Translations under genes and position numbers: made by a program | Source: an uncultured Woeseiaceae bacterium | Lineage (GTDB): Bacteria; Pseudomonadota; Gammaproteobacteria; Steroidobacterales; Woeseiaceae | NCBI GenBank assembly: GCA_947258565.1 | Contig: CAMYJB010000024.1 | Coordinates: 7,553-71,552 of the forward strand | DNA: 64,000 bases | Direction: 5' to 3' | In this document: positions 39,255-46,606 of the stretch, piece by piece | How the letters are laid out: each line of letters opens with the position of its first letter | How positions within the stretch are numbered: position 1 is the first letter of the stretch | The notes under the pieces: generated by a model | The model's database searches: none | What the model saw: the letters and a program-made list of their open reading frames with translations, nothing else | What the model was told of the DNA's origin: nothing

Positions 39255-39352
39255 GCAAGCAATATATAGCGCCGGAACCCGCCGCTCCCGGGTATCCGAC
39301 AAGCGGTCGGCCATGGCCGACGAGCGGTGGTTTCCGGCGGCCCCGATTTAAC

Positions 39353-39886
39353 CTAATCCGCACAGGAATACGCGGTTCCCCGGGGCGTCCGCTCGGCGAC
39401 GCGTGGCCGCCCCGTGTAACTGACCACCAGCGCCCTCGGAGTCACGCGCCCGGCGCGATCGCAGACGACAAGCGTGCCGTTGGTGGCCCGGAGGAACGTC
39501 GCTCTGAGCGTGAATCCGCGCCTGTTGGCGGTGATCTTCAGGGATGGGTTCGCGAGGTGCCGGTACAGCAGGATTTCGCCGTCATCGAGGTCCGGCGGCT
39601 CGTCGCGGTCGGCGTTTTCGAACACCAGGAATCCGCCGGACCAGTCCCGGCCAGGGTTGCAGGACACGCCGTTCGTGGTGGGGCAGAGGGACACGAATTG
39701 CCTGCGCATGATGGAGCCCTTGCGAGCGAGATGCACGGCGTGAAACAGCGCATTGATCTCCACGCGCTGGGCGCTGCGGGCCTGCAGTGCCGAAAACGAG
39801 GGCAGGCCGAGCGTGACAATCATCGCGGCGACCGCGATGGTCAACAAGAGCTCGAGCAGCGAGTAGCCTTGGTCCCTGGCAGACAT
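39353..39886 (-). CDS. fimT: Type IV minor pilin FimT-like (Arg-rich)
   Basis: QG|YSLLELLLTIA, VSLCPT, DWSGGFLVF, NGTLVVC, C-terminal TGRPR; named by position and motif. Confidence 0.82.
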   Translation of the reverse strand: MSARDQGYSLLELLLTIAVAAMIVTLGLPSFSALQARSAQRVEINALFHAVHLARKGSIMRRQFVSLCPTTNGVSCNPGRDWSGGFLVFENADRDEPPDLDDGEILLYRHLANPSLKITANRRGFTLRATFLRATNGTLVVCDRAGRVTPRALVVSYTGRPRVAERTPRGTAYSCAD

Positions 39887-40048
39887 TGCTGGTTTCCTTT
39901 CCGTTGCGGCAACATGGCACACCACACGCCGACCTGCAGCGAGTGAATCGGCCGGAAAGTGCCGGATTGGCCGGTCGATCGCCGCCACTGGTCATCGCTC
40001 GCGGTATTTGGTTTATACTCAGTCCAGATTCAACTTCCAGGGGTCCCC

Positions 40049-40453
40049 ATGTCGCGGTCCGACATCCTTGCATTGTTCGAGCAATTCGGCATTCTCCCAA
40101 CACCACAACGTCTGGAAGTTGCTGAAATTCTTCTGGAAAAGCCACAACACATGTCGGCGGACCAGATCATCGACCGGCTGCGTGAGGCTGGCAGCAGCGT
40201 GTCGAAAGCCACCGTGTACAACACGCTGAATCTCTTCGGCGAACGCGGCATCGTCAGGGAAGTGATGGTTGACCCGGTGCGCAAGTTCTACGATTCCACG
40301 ACGCACCCGCACCATCACTTCTACAACGTCGATACAGGCGAACTCCGCGACATCCCGGACGAGCAGGTCCGTTTCAGTGAATTGCCGCCGATGCCCGAGG
40401 GCACCCGGAGCGACAGCATCGAGGTGCTGATCCGGATCCGGGGCGAGGGCTGA
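40049..40453 (+). CDS. Fur-family regulator, Irr-like
   Basis: TPQRLEV, HMSADQ, VSKATVYNTLNLF, YDS..HPHHHFYNVDTGEL.DIP; no C-terminal CxxC. Confidence 0.9.
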   Translation: MSRSDILALFEQFGILPTPQRLEVAEILLEKPQHMSADQIIDRLREAGSSVSKATVYNTLNLFGERGIVREVMVDPVRKFYDSTTHPHHHFYNVDTGELRDIPDEQVRFSELPPMPEGTRSDSIEVLIRIRGEG

Positions 40454-40524
40454 ATCGGGGCGAGAGCCCTGCGAGACTTCCCCATTCCGGTGCGTGCCGC
40501 TATACTGCGCGCCCTCGCCAGAGT

Positions 40525-40600
<76 letters not shown>

Positions 40601-40616
40601 TTTCGACCGACTCAAT

Positions 40617-40639
40617 AGCCCCCGCCGCGGGGCTTTTTT
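40617..40639 (+). terminator. Intrinsic terminator after tRNA-Thr
   Basis: AGCCCC...GGGGCT-TTTTT. Confidence 0.75.
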
Positions 40640-40870
40640 GCGTTCGAACGGCGTCACGGTGTCCGAATCGCGGCCTGCGTCACCTGCCGCGCACATGTGT
40701 CGCACGATGGCGACGGCGGCAAAAGTCAGATCTGCCAGACAGTTACGAAGCTTACATAATGCTGCCTCGCAGCAAACTGTCCCTTTTCTGAGACAAACGG
40801 TTAAAAAATTGCGTGCCCGGCGTCCCCCGGGGCCCGCATACCTTTGCGCTTCCCGGCCCAATTCCGAACT

Positions 40871-40885
40871 TGGCACGGGTCTTGC
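40871..40885 (+). promoter_or_regulatory. sigma54 (-24/-12) promoter
   Basis: TGGCAC-GGGTC-TTGC is an exact consensus match, about 160 bp upstream of the 41046 CDS. Confidence 0.8.
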
Positions 40886-41045
40886 TTTATGTTTAGTCGT
40901 GGGACGGGTGGTCGACTTGGGCCGCTGCAAAGGGGCGTGATCACCGACTCACCGCCGCCACGGTGTTCAGCCCGGCGGATGCAGAAAAGATAACTGACTG
41001 AAACGCGGTCCGCAGCGTGCGGACTGCCTGGCCGATTGTTGTGGA

Positions 41046-41711
41046 ATGATAATTCAGGGACTACGAAAGCTTGCAGGCATACTCATAACGGCAACTCTCC
41101 TGAGCGGTTGCCTGGAATCCGCAGCACCGCCCGACGGGAGCGGCCTGGCCGCCGGTCAAGGCGGCAATAGCGCGCCCCGGATCAGCGGCGACCCTCAGTA
41201 CGTTGCCGTCATGAGCGAGGCGTACTCGTTTACGCCGGGTTCCTCTGATGACGACGGCGACCCGCTGAACTTCAGCATCCGTAACAAGCCTGCCTGGGCG
41301 GCATTCGACGCCGCCACGGGCCGCCTGCGGGGAATCCCGCAATTCGGCGACGTCGGCACCTATGTCGACATCGTAATCTCGGCGAGCGACGGCCGCGCGA
41401 CAGCCTCGTTGCCGCCCTTCTCGATTGCCGTGAGCCGGGACGAACTCGGCTCCGTTACCCTGGAGTGGGTGCCGCCGCAGGCCAACACGGATGGCTCGTA
41501 TGCCGGCGACCTCGCGGGTTACGTCATTTACTGGGGCACGGAGCCGGGCAATTACGAGCAGACCGTGCGGATCGACAACGTCGGCCTCACGGCCTATGTG
41601 CTGGATAGCCTGCGCCCGGCTACCTATTACTTTGCGGCGACGGCGTTCAATTCGGCTGGCATCGAGAGCGGTTTCTCCAACGAAGTGACGCGTTCCGTGG
41701 TGGTGAACTAG
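41046..41711 (+). CDS. Lipoprotein with putative Ig (He_PIG/cadherin-like) and fibronectin type III domains
   Basis: Lipobox LLSGC; NSAPRISG, D.DGD.L.FSI.NKPAWA.FD..TG.L.G.P; VTLEW.PP..N.DGS...LAGY.IYWG...YYFA.TAFN..G.ES. Confidence 0.85.
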   Translation: MIIQGLRKLAGILITATLLSGCLESAAPPDGSGLAAGQGGNSAPRISGDPQYVAVMSEAYSFTPGSSDDDGDPLNFSIRNKPAWAAFDAATGRLRGIPQFGDVGTYVDIVISASDGRATASLPPFSIAVSRDELGSVTLEWVPPQANTDGSYAGDLAGYVIYWGTEPGNYEQTVRIDNVGLTAYVLDSLRPATYYFAATAFNSAGIESGFSNEVTRSVVVN

Positions 41712-41763
41712 ACCGCTTCCGGATAGCGCCTGTTAGGATAGGCGTCGTCATCCAGGAGGCCAA

Positions 41764-42816
41764 ATGAACTCTGCCATCCGTTTCGACCCGACCGGGTCAT
41801 TGCGTGCCGTATTGGTTGCGGCCCTGTTTGTCGCTCGAGTCGCGGACGCCGCGACGCTCGTCGTCGCCAACAAGGCGGAAGCCACGGTGTCGTTGATCGA
41901 ACTCGGGGAAGGTGCGGTGGTGGCCACCCTGCCGACCGGTGAGGGCCCCCACGAGGTCGGTATCTCGCCGGACGGCCGGTTCGCGCTCGTCACCAACTAC
42001 GGGACTCGCGAGCGCGGCGGCAACAGCCTGACGCTCATCGATATTGCGGCAGCCAGCGTGGTCAAGAACATTACGTTGGGCGACTACGGCAGGCCGCACG
42101 GTGTCGAGTGGCTGGATGACACGCAGGTGGCGGTCACGGCCGAAGCCAATAAGGCATTGATCGTCGTCGATGTCGAACGGGAGAAAGTCGTGCAGTCGAT
42201 TGGCACGGACCAGGAGATCTCGCACATGGTCGCCCTCGATGCCGAGCGTGGCCGTGCCTACACGGCGAACATCGGCTCAGGCTCGGTATCCGTCCTGGAC
42301 CTCGGCACGGGAGCGCGAGCCTCGAATATCGCTACCGGCGACGGCGCGGAGGGTATCGCGGTGTCGGCGTCCGGGGAATACATCTGGGTGACGAACCGGG
42401 CCGCTGACACGATTACGATTCTCGACGCCGACACGCTGCAACAGGCCGGCGAGATTGCGTCGGAAGGCTTCCCGATACGCGCGACCGCAACGCCCGGGGG
42501 GCAGGTGCTGGTTACGCGCGCCAGGGCAGGTGACCTGGCCATTTACAATGCGCGCACGTTCGAAGAACTTCGAGTCGTCGCGTTCGACCTGGAGAGCATG
42601 GACGTCGAGGAGCGCCTGTTCGGTGACCGCTTCGGCGACAGCTCGGTGCCTATTGGCGTAATCGTCGATTCCGCAGGCGACCGCGCCTGGGTCGCGCATG
42701 CGAACGCGGACGTTATCACCGAGGTCGATCTCGGCACCGGCGAAGTGGTCCGCACGCTGCGTGCGGGCAAGGAGCCCGACGGTATGGGTTTCTCGGAGCT
42801 TCCGGTCACACGCTGA
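41764..42816 (+). CDS. Secreted YVTN/YncE-family beta-propeller protein
   Basis: Signal peptide; repeats TVSLI, GPHEV..SPDG..ALVTN, AYTAN, GAEGI, IWVTNR, PDGM; GGAGG RBS. Confidence 0.88.
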   Translation: MNSAIRFDPTGSLRAVLVAALFVARVADAATLVVANKAEATVSLIELGEGAVVATLPTGEGPHEVGISPDGRFALVTNYGTRERGGNSLTLIDIAAASVVKNITLGDYGRPHGVEWLDDTQVAVTAEANKALIVVDVEREKVVQSIGTDQEISHMVALDAERGRAYTANIGSGSVSVLDLGTGARASNIATGDGAEGIAVSASGEYIWVTNRAADTITILDADTLQQAGEIASEGFPIRATATPGGQVLVTRARAGDLAIYNARTFEELRVVAFDLESMDVEERLFGDRFGDSSVPIGVIVDSAGDRAWVAHANADVITEVDLGTGEVVRTLRAGKEPDGMGFSELPVTR

Positions 42817-42849
42817 TCAGCCGGCGCCGGGGCGAATGGTTACGGCGAG

Positions 42850-43539
42850 CTAGTTGCGGCGCAGGTGATAGTCGAACGACGGCCGCATACTGCCGTAGCG
42901 GTTATTGATCCAGAGGATCAGCATACCCTCCACCCAGCGCGCATCGCGCAGCGGGCCGACGTCGATCGGCTCGAGGCCCATACCGGCGACGAGTTCGGCC
43001 ACCTTGTCCTTTGCGCGGCCATTGTCGCCCACGAGCGGGATCGAGACCGGCCCGCCGGCGGAATCCACGTCCACCATCGTTTTCCAGTTGAGGGTATTGA
43101 AGGCTTTGACGACATGGGCCCCGGGCGCGGCCGCCTGGATGATTTCCGCATTGGAGGTATCGACCGCGTGTTCCAGGCGATTCATGCGCCGCTCCAGCGG
43201 ATTGGTCGGATCGATGATGATCTTGCCCGAGAGGTCGCCGAGACTCTTCGTAATCTCCTCGACCAGCAGGCCCGGAACCGCGAGTACGACGATGTCCGCC
43301 TGTGCCGCGGCTTCGGCCGGGGTCGTGGCGGAGGCGAGATCGCCGGTCTTCTCCACCAGGTCCTTCACCTTGCCGCGCTCCGGATTGCGTGAACCGTAGA
43401 TGATTGTATGCCCCTGCCCGGCAAATTCCGGGCCGAGCGCGCCGCCAACGTCGCCGGTGCCAATGACGGCGATCGTGTCGGCGAGGGCGGGCGCTCCGGC
43501 GACCAGGAAAACGGCGGCGACTGCGAATCGAAAGGACAT
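42850..43539 (-). CDS. F420-dependent NADP oxidoreductase-family protein with an N-terminal signal-like peptide
   Basis: IAVIGTGDVG, GSRNP, VVLAVP, IIIDPTNPL, VVKAFNT, PIDVGPL; GAGGAG RBS before ATG 43539. Confidence 0.88.
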   Translation of the reverse strand: MSFRFAVAAVFLVAGAPALADTIAVIGTGDVGGALGPEFAGQGHTIIYGSRNPERGKVKDLVEKTGDLASATTPAEAAAQADIVVLAVPGLLVEEITKSLGDLSGKIIIDPTNPLERRMNRLEHAVDTSNAEIIQAAAPGAHVVKAFNTLNWKTMVDVDSAGGPVSIPLVGDNGRAKDKVAELVAGMGLEPIDVGPLRDARWVEGMLILWINNRYGSMRPSFDYHLRRN

Positions 43540-43599
43540 GGCGTGCACTCCTCGGCGGCAGAAATCGCGATTATACGCTGCGCCGGCAGATGACAGCGA

Positions 43600-44190
43600 T
43601 CAGTACCAGACGGCCATGTCGAATCCACGAGCGTCATAGACGGGTATGCTCGGCAGTCGCTCCGCGCGGCTCGTGGCGATTCGCTTTGCCGACCAGAGCA
43701 TCGCGAACGCGTCGAGGATGTCATGCCGGGACGCTTCGGCATGCCGGAACGCGGTCAGAGCCTGGTACAGGGCCTCGGACGGGTAGATGTCGCAAAGGTA
43801 GCTCAACTGATCACGAAAGCGTGGCCTGCGGCCGTCGCGCCTGTCCCCGGCCGTACCGCCCTGCAGCTCGAGGAAACTGAGGTGCGGATGCACCTCGTAC
43901 AGGAAATGAGCCGACCCCGGATTGGCTTTCATGAAGTCATGCACTTCGCGAATCTTCTCCGCAGGCCGCCGGTAGCGATCACGAATGCCGGGCTCTCCGT
44001 CGTCCGGCAGCTCGTGGTGCTCTGCGAGACTCAACGGTGCATCGACGGTTACGACCTCGTAGCGCTCCAGGCGCCGCATCGCCGCCTCGAAGCTCTCCGC
44101 TACGAACCAGCTCCAGGGACCCGGTAGCGGCGTTTCACGCAATACGAACCAGCCTGCCTTTGAACCTACAACGGCTGCGATTCTGCTCAT
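43600..44190 (-). CDS. DUF429-like protein (predicted RNase H-fold), apparently degenerate
   Basis: KAGW, VDAPLSL, KIREV, YEVHP, DILDA.A.LWSA.RI, D.RG..MAVWY. Confidence 0.7.
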   Translation of the reverse strand: MSRIAAVVGSKAGWFVLRETPLPGPWSWFVAESFEAAMRRLERYEVVTVDAPLSLAEHHELPDDGEPGIRDRYRRPAEKIREVHDFMKANPGSAHFLYEVHPHLSFLELQGGTAGDRRDGRRPRFRDQLSYLCDIYPSEALYQALTAFRHAEASRHDILDAFAMLWSAKRIATSRAERLPSIPVYDARGFDMAVWY

Positions 44191-44377
44191 CGTGCTTACC
44201 TCTCGATGGGTTTGGTCATGCACGTAGCATATTGGGGCCGTACGCGAGCGTATTGTCCGATCAGGTCAGCTTTCTGGCTCTCCAGGTCAACCTCTCAACG
44301 CCCGGCAGGTCTCGCTCTCGAGGTATTTCTGACACGATTTCGGGAGAGGAATTTACGGAGCGCCTATAATGGAGACC

Positions 44378-44800
44378 ATGAAGAATCTATATGCCGCAAT
44401 CGTCGTGCCCGGGCTGTTGTTGCTTGCCGGCTGCGCAGAAAAGGGAGACAACGTCTACCGGACATGGGTCGGGCCGGATCGATCCAACATGGCGATTGTC
44501 ACGCTCGAGCTTGGCGATGATGTCCGGGATGTGACCCTTCGCGAACGAACCTTGCCCCGGTCGGACTACGGGACGATCCTGCTGCTGCCCGGCTATTACG
44601 TGCTGCAGGAGAAGGATGGTCCGAGCATCGCGATCACCATTGACCCGGTACTCGTCAGTGTCGAGCGGGCAAGGGCCAACGGCGAACTGATCCTCGGCCA
44701 CACGTACACGCTGCAGGCCGGCAAGTCGAAGGAGTCAGGCGATCGCGCGCTGTGGATCGAGGATGCCCGCAGCGGCGAGGTATTCATCGATACGCGGTGA
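44378..44800 (+). CDS. Hypothetical lipoprotein
   Basis: MKNLYAAIVVPGLLLLAGC lipobox; GGAG RBS. Confidence 0.75.
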   Translation: MKNLYAAIVVPGLLLLAGCAEKGDNVYRTWVGPDRSNMAIVTLELGDDVRDVTLRERTLPRSDYGTILLLPGYYVLQEKDGPSIAITIDPVLVSVERARANGELILGHTYTLQAGKSKESGDRALWIEDARSGEVFIDTR

Positions 44801-44867
44801 AGCCGTTGACCCCGATTATCGCTGCTGGGCGTTATATGTGAATGGCTTTATTGATTGGATTCTGCGA

Positions 44868-45341
44868 ATGAAAGAAATCTCCTGGATGCCTGTCCTGGTC
44901 CTGCTGCTCGGTGTCGCCGGATGTGCACCGGACGCGTCGGACGTTGCGGAGTCGCCCACAGAATCTGCAGCGCCGGCAAAGAACGTCAGGCCTGACGTGG
45001 CGCTGACGAACACCTATTGGAGGCTGATCGAACTGAACGGTGCGGCCGTGGGCCCGGGCGAGGGCAAGGAGCTGCACATGATCCTCAGAGGCGGGGACCA
45101 GGTCGGCGGTTACGCAGGCTGCAACCAGTTCACGGGCTCGATGAGCGTGACTGACGACGGGCTGTCTGTCGGGCCAATCGCGAGCACGCGGCGTATGTGC
45201 CAGGGGGTCATGGAGCAGGAGTCTGCGTTTCTGCAGGCGCTCGAAACCGCGCAACGCTATTCGATATCGGGCGAGGACCTGGCCATCGAGAACGCGAATG
45301 GCGAGGTCACGATGCGTTTTGTCGCCGTCTACATGGAGTGA
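44868..45341 (+). CDS. META-domain (HslJ-like) lipoprotein
   Basis: Lipobox VAGC; LTNTYWRLIELNG, GYAGCNQFTG, GPIASTRRMC...EQE..FLQAL. Confidence 0.9.
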   Translation: MKEISWMPVLVLLLGVAGCAPDASDVAESPTESAAPAKNVRPDVALTNTYWRLIELNGAAVGPGEGKELHMILRGGDQVGGYAGCNQFTGSMSVTDDGLSVGPIASTRRMCQGVMEQESAFLQALETAQRYSISGEDLAIENANGEVTMRFVAVYME

Positions 45342-45357
45342 CCGTGCTCCACGGCGC

Positions 45358-46533
45358 TTACACGCCTTCTGCGGGATACGGGAAGTCCTGTGGAGCCGGC
45401 AGCCCCTCCTCGACCCAGCTGCGGATACCCGCATCGCAGAGGGCATAGCCCCAGTTGATCAGGCGCCGCTGCGTGACCGGGTCCTTCGCCTCGAGATCGG
45501 TACGGATGCTCGCGAGCTCCTGCGTCCTGTTGAACGGGCACGGGAGACTGTCCCTGACGGGGTATTTACGGACGTCGGTGCGCATGCTCCAGTAGGTGCC
45601 GTGGCGCTCGTGTTCCACGAACGACGTCAGCAGTATGCGCTTGCGCAGGCTGCGCACCTGATTGTTGATCGTCTTGACCACGCGATAGGTCTGCATGATC
45701 CACTCGCCGGGGACCTTCTTCTGCGCCGCCAGGTCGGCGCCGGCGTCGGAGCAGATTACGGTCTTGTAGTTCTTGAAGACGGTTTCGAGCCCGAGGTTGT
45801 CGTACACGCCGCCGTCGGTCAGCAGCGGACGCGTGGTGAAAGGCGGGCCCTGCAGGCCGTCGCCGCTACCCGGTGTGAAATCCTCATCGCGGTATCTGAA
45901 CCTGGCCGGCGACAGGAACGGCGGGAACGCCGACGACGCGCCGACGACTCTTGCGATCGTGTCGGCGGGTTTTTCGATACGGCCGACGCGCCAGTCCCGT
46001 GCGGCACGTTTCGAGAAACTCCACAGTGCACCGGACTGCAGGTTGGTGGTGTTGAAGACGAAGTCCGGCGAATTGGGCAAGTCCTGTAGCGTCAGGTCGC
46101 CGAACAGCCGCTTGCGGTAGATGCGCATTACGCGCTTGTTGACTGTGCTGAAGATGGCCGCGGGCAGCCCAGAGAGGATGGTCACCGTCGAGCGGTTCGC
46201 AAATTCCTGCACCGGTGCGGCGACGTGCTCGCGAAACCTCTCGGAAACCCCCGGCGAATCGACGTCCAGCTTGTGCCAGGCCAGCCCGAGTACGCCGGCC
46301 GTGATCGAGCCGCCGGAGACCGACGAGACGCGCTGCAGCGAACCGAGTTCGCCGTGCTTGCCCCAGCGATGTTCCGTACCCAGGTAGCCGAGTTCGGCAA
46401 GCCGCCAGACGACGCCGAGATGAAACAGCATCGCGCGGTAGCCGCCTCCCGAAAGGCACAGGCCGATGCCCTTCCTGAGAATCGGCTCCATGGGTGCTTC
46501 GGTACTGACCGGTGTTAGATCGAAGTCCGTCAT
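45358..46533 (-). CDS. Patatin-like phospholipase
   Basis: LSGGGYRA, SSVSGGS nucleophile motif, ASSAFPP, LTDGGVYDNLG. Confidence 0.9.
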   Translation of the reverse strand: MTDFDLTPVSTEAPMEPILRKGIGLCLSGGGYRAMLFHLGVVWRLAELGYLGTEHRWGKHGELGSLQRVSSVSGGSITAGVLGLAWHKLDVDSPGVSERFREHVAAPVQEFANRSTVTILSGLPAAIFSTVNKRVMRIYRKRLFGDLTLQDLPNSPDFVFNTTNLQSGALWSFSKRAARDWRVGRIEKPADTIARVVGASSAFPPFLSPARFRYRDEDFTPGSGDGLQGPPFTTRPLLTDGGVYDNLGLETVFKNYKTVICSDAGADLAAQKKVPGEWIMQTYRVVKTINNQVRSLRKRILLTSFVEHERHGTYWSMRTDVRKYPVRDSLPCPFNRTQELASIRTDLEAKDPVTQRRLINWGYALCDAGIRSWVEEGLPAPQDFPYPAEGV

Positions 46534-46554
46534 GGTGAAGCCGTATTATGGACC

Positions 46555-46586
46555 AAAAAAAACGGGCCCTCGACGAGGGCCCGTTT
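46555..46586 (-). terminator. Intrinsic terminator of the TonB receptor gene
   Basis: AAACGGGCCCTC-GAC-GAGGGCCCGTTT with a T8 run on the minus strand. Confidence 0.85.
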
Positions 46587-46606
46587 CGTTTGCCAGTGGT
46601 GACGCG

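Noticed and set aside
38125..39363. 412-aa ORF suggesting a long PilV fusion
   Set aside because: The upstream part overlaps fimU in another frame. The prepilin motif places the real start at 38619.
40886..41045. c-di-GMP or other riboswitch in the lipoprotein leader
   Set aside because: I could not match the conserved GEMM elements by eye. An Infernal/Rfam search is needed.
45358..46533. Patatin as a CBASS or other anti-phage effector
   Set aside because: No CD-NTase, Cap or other defence gene lies nearby.
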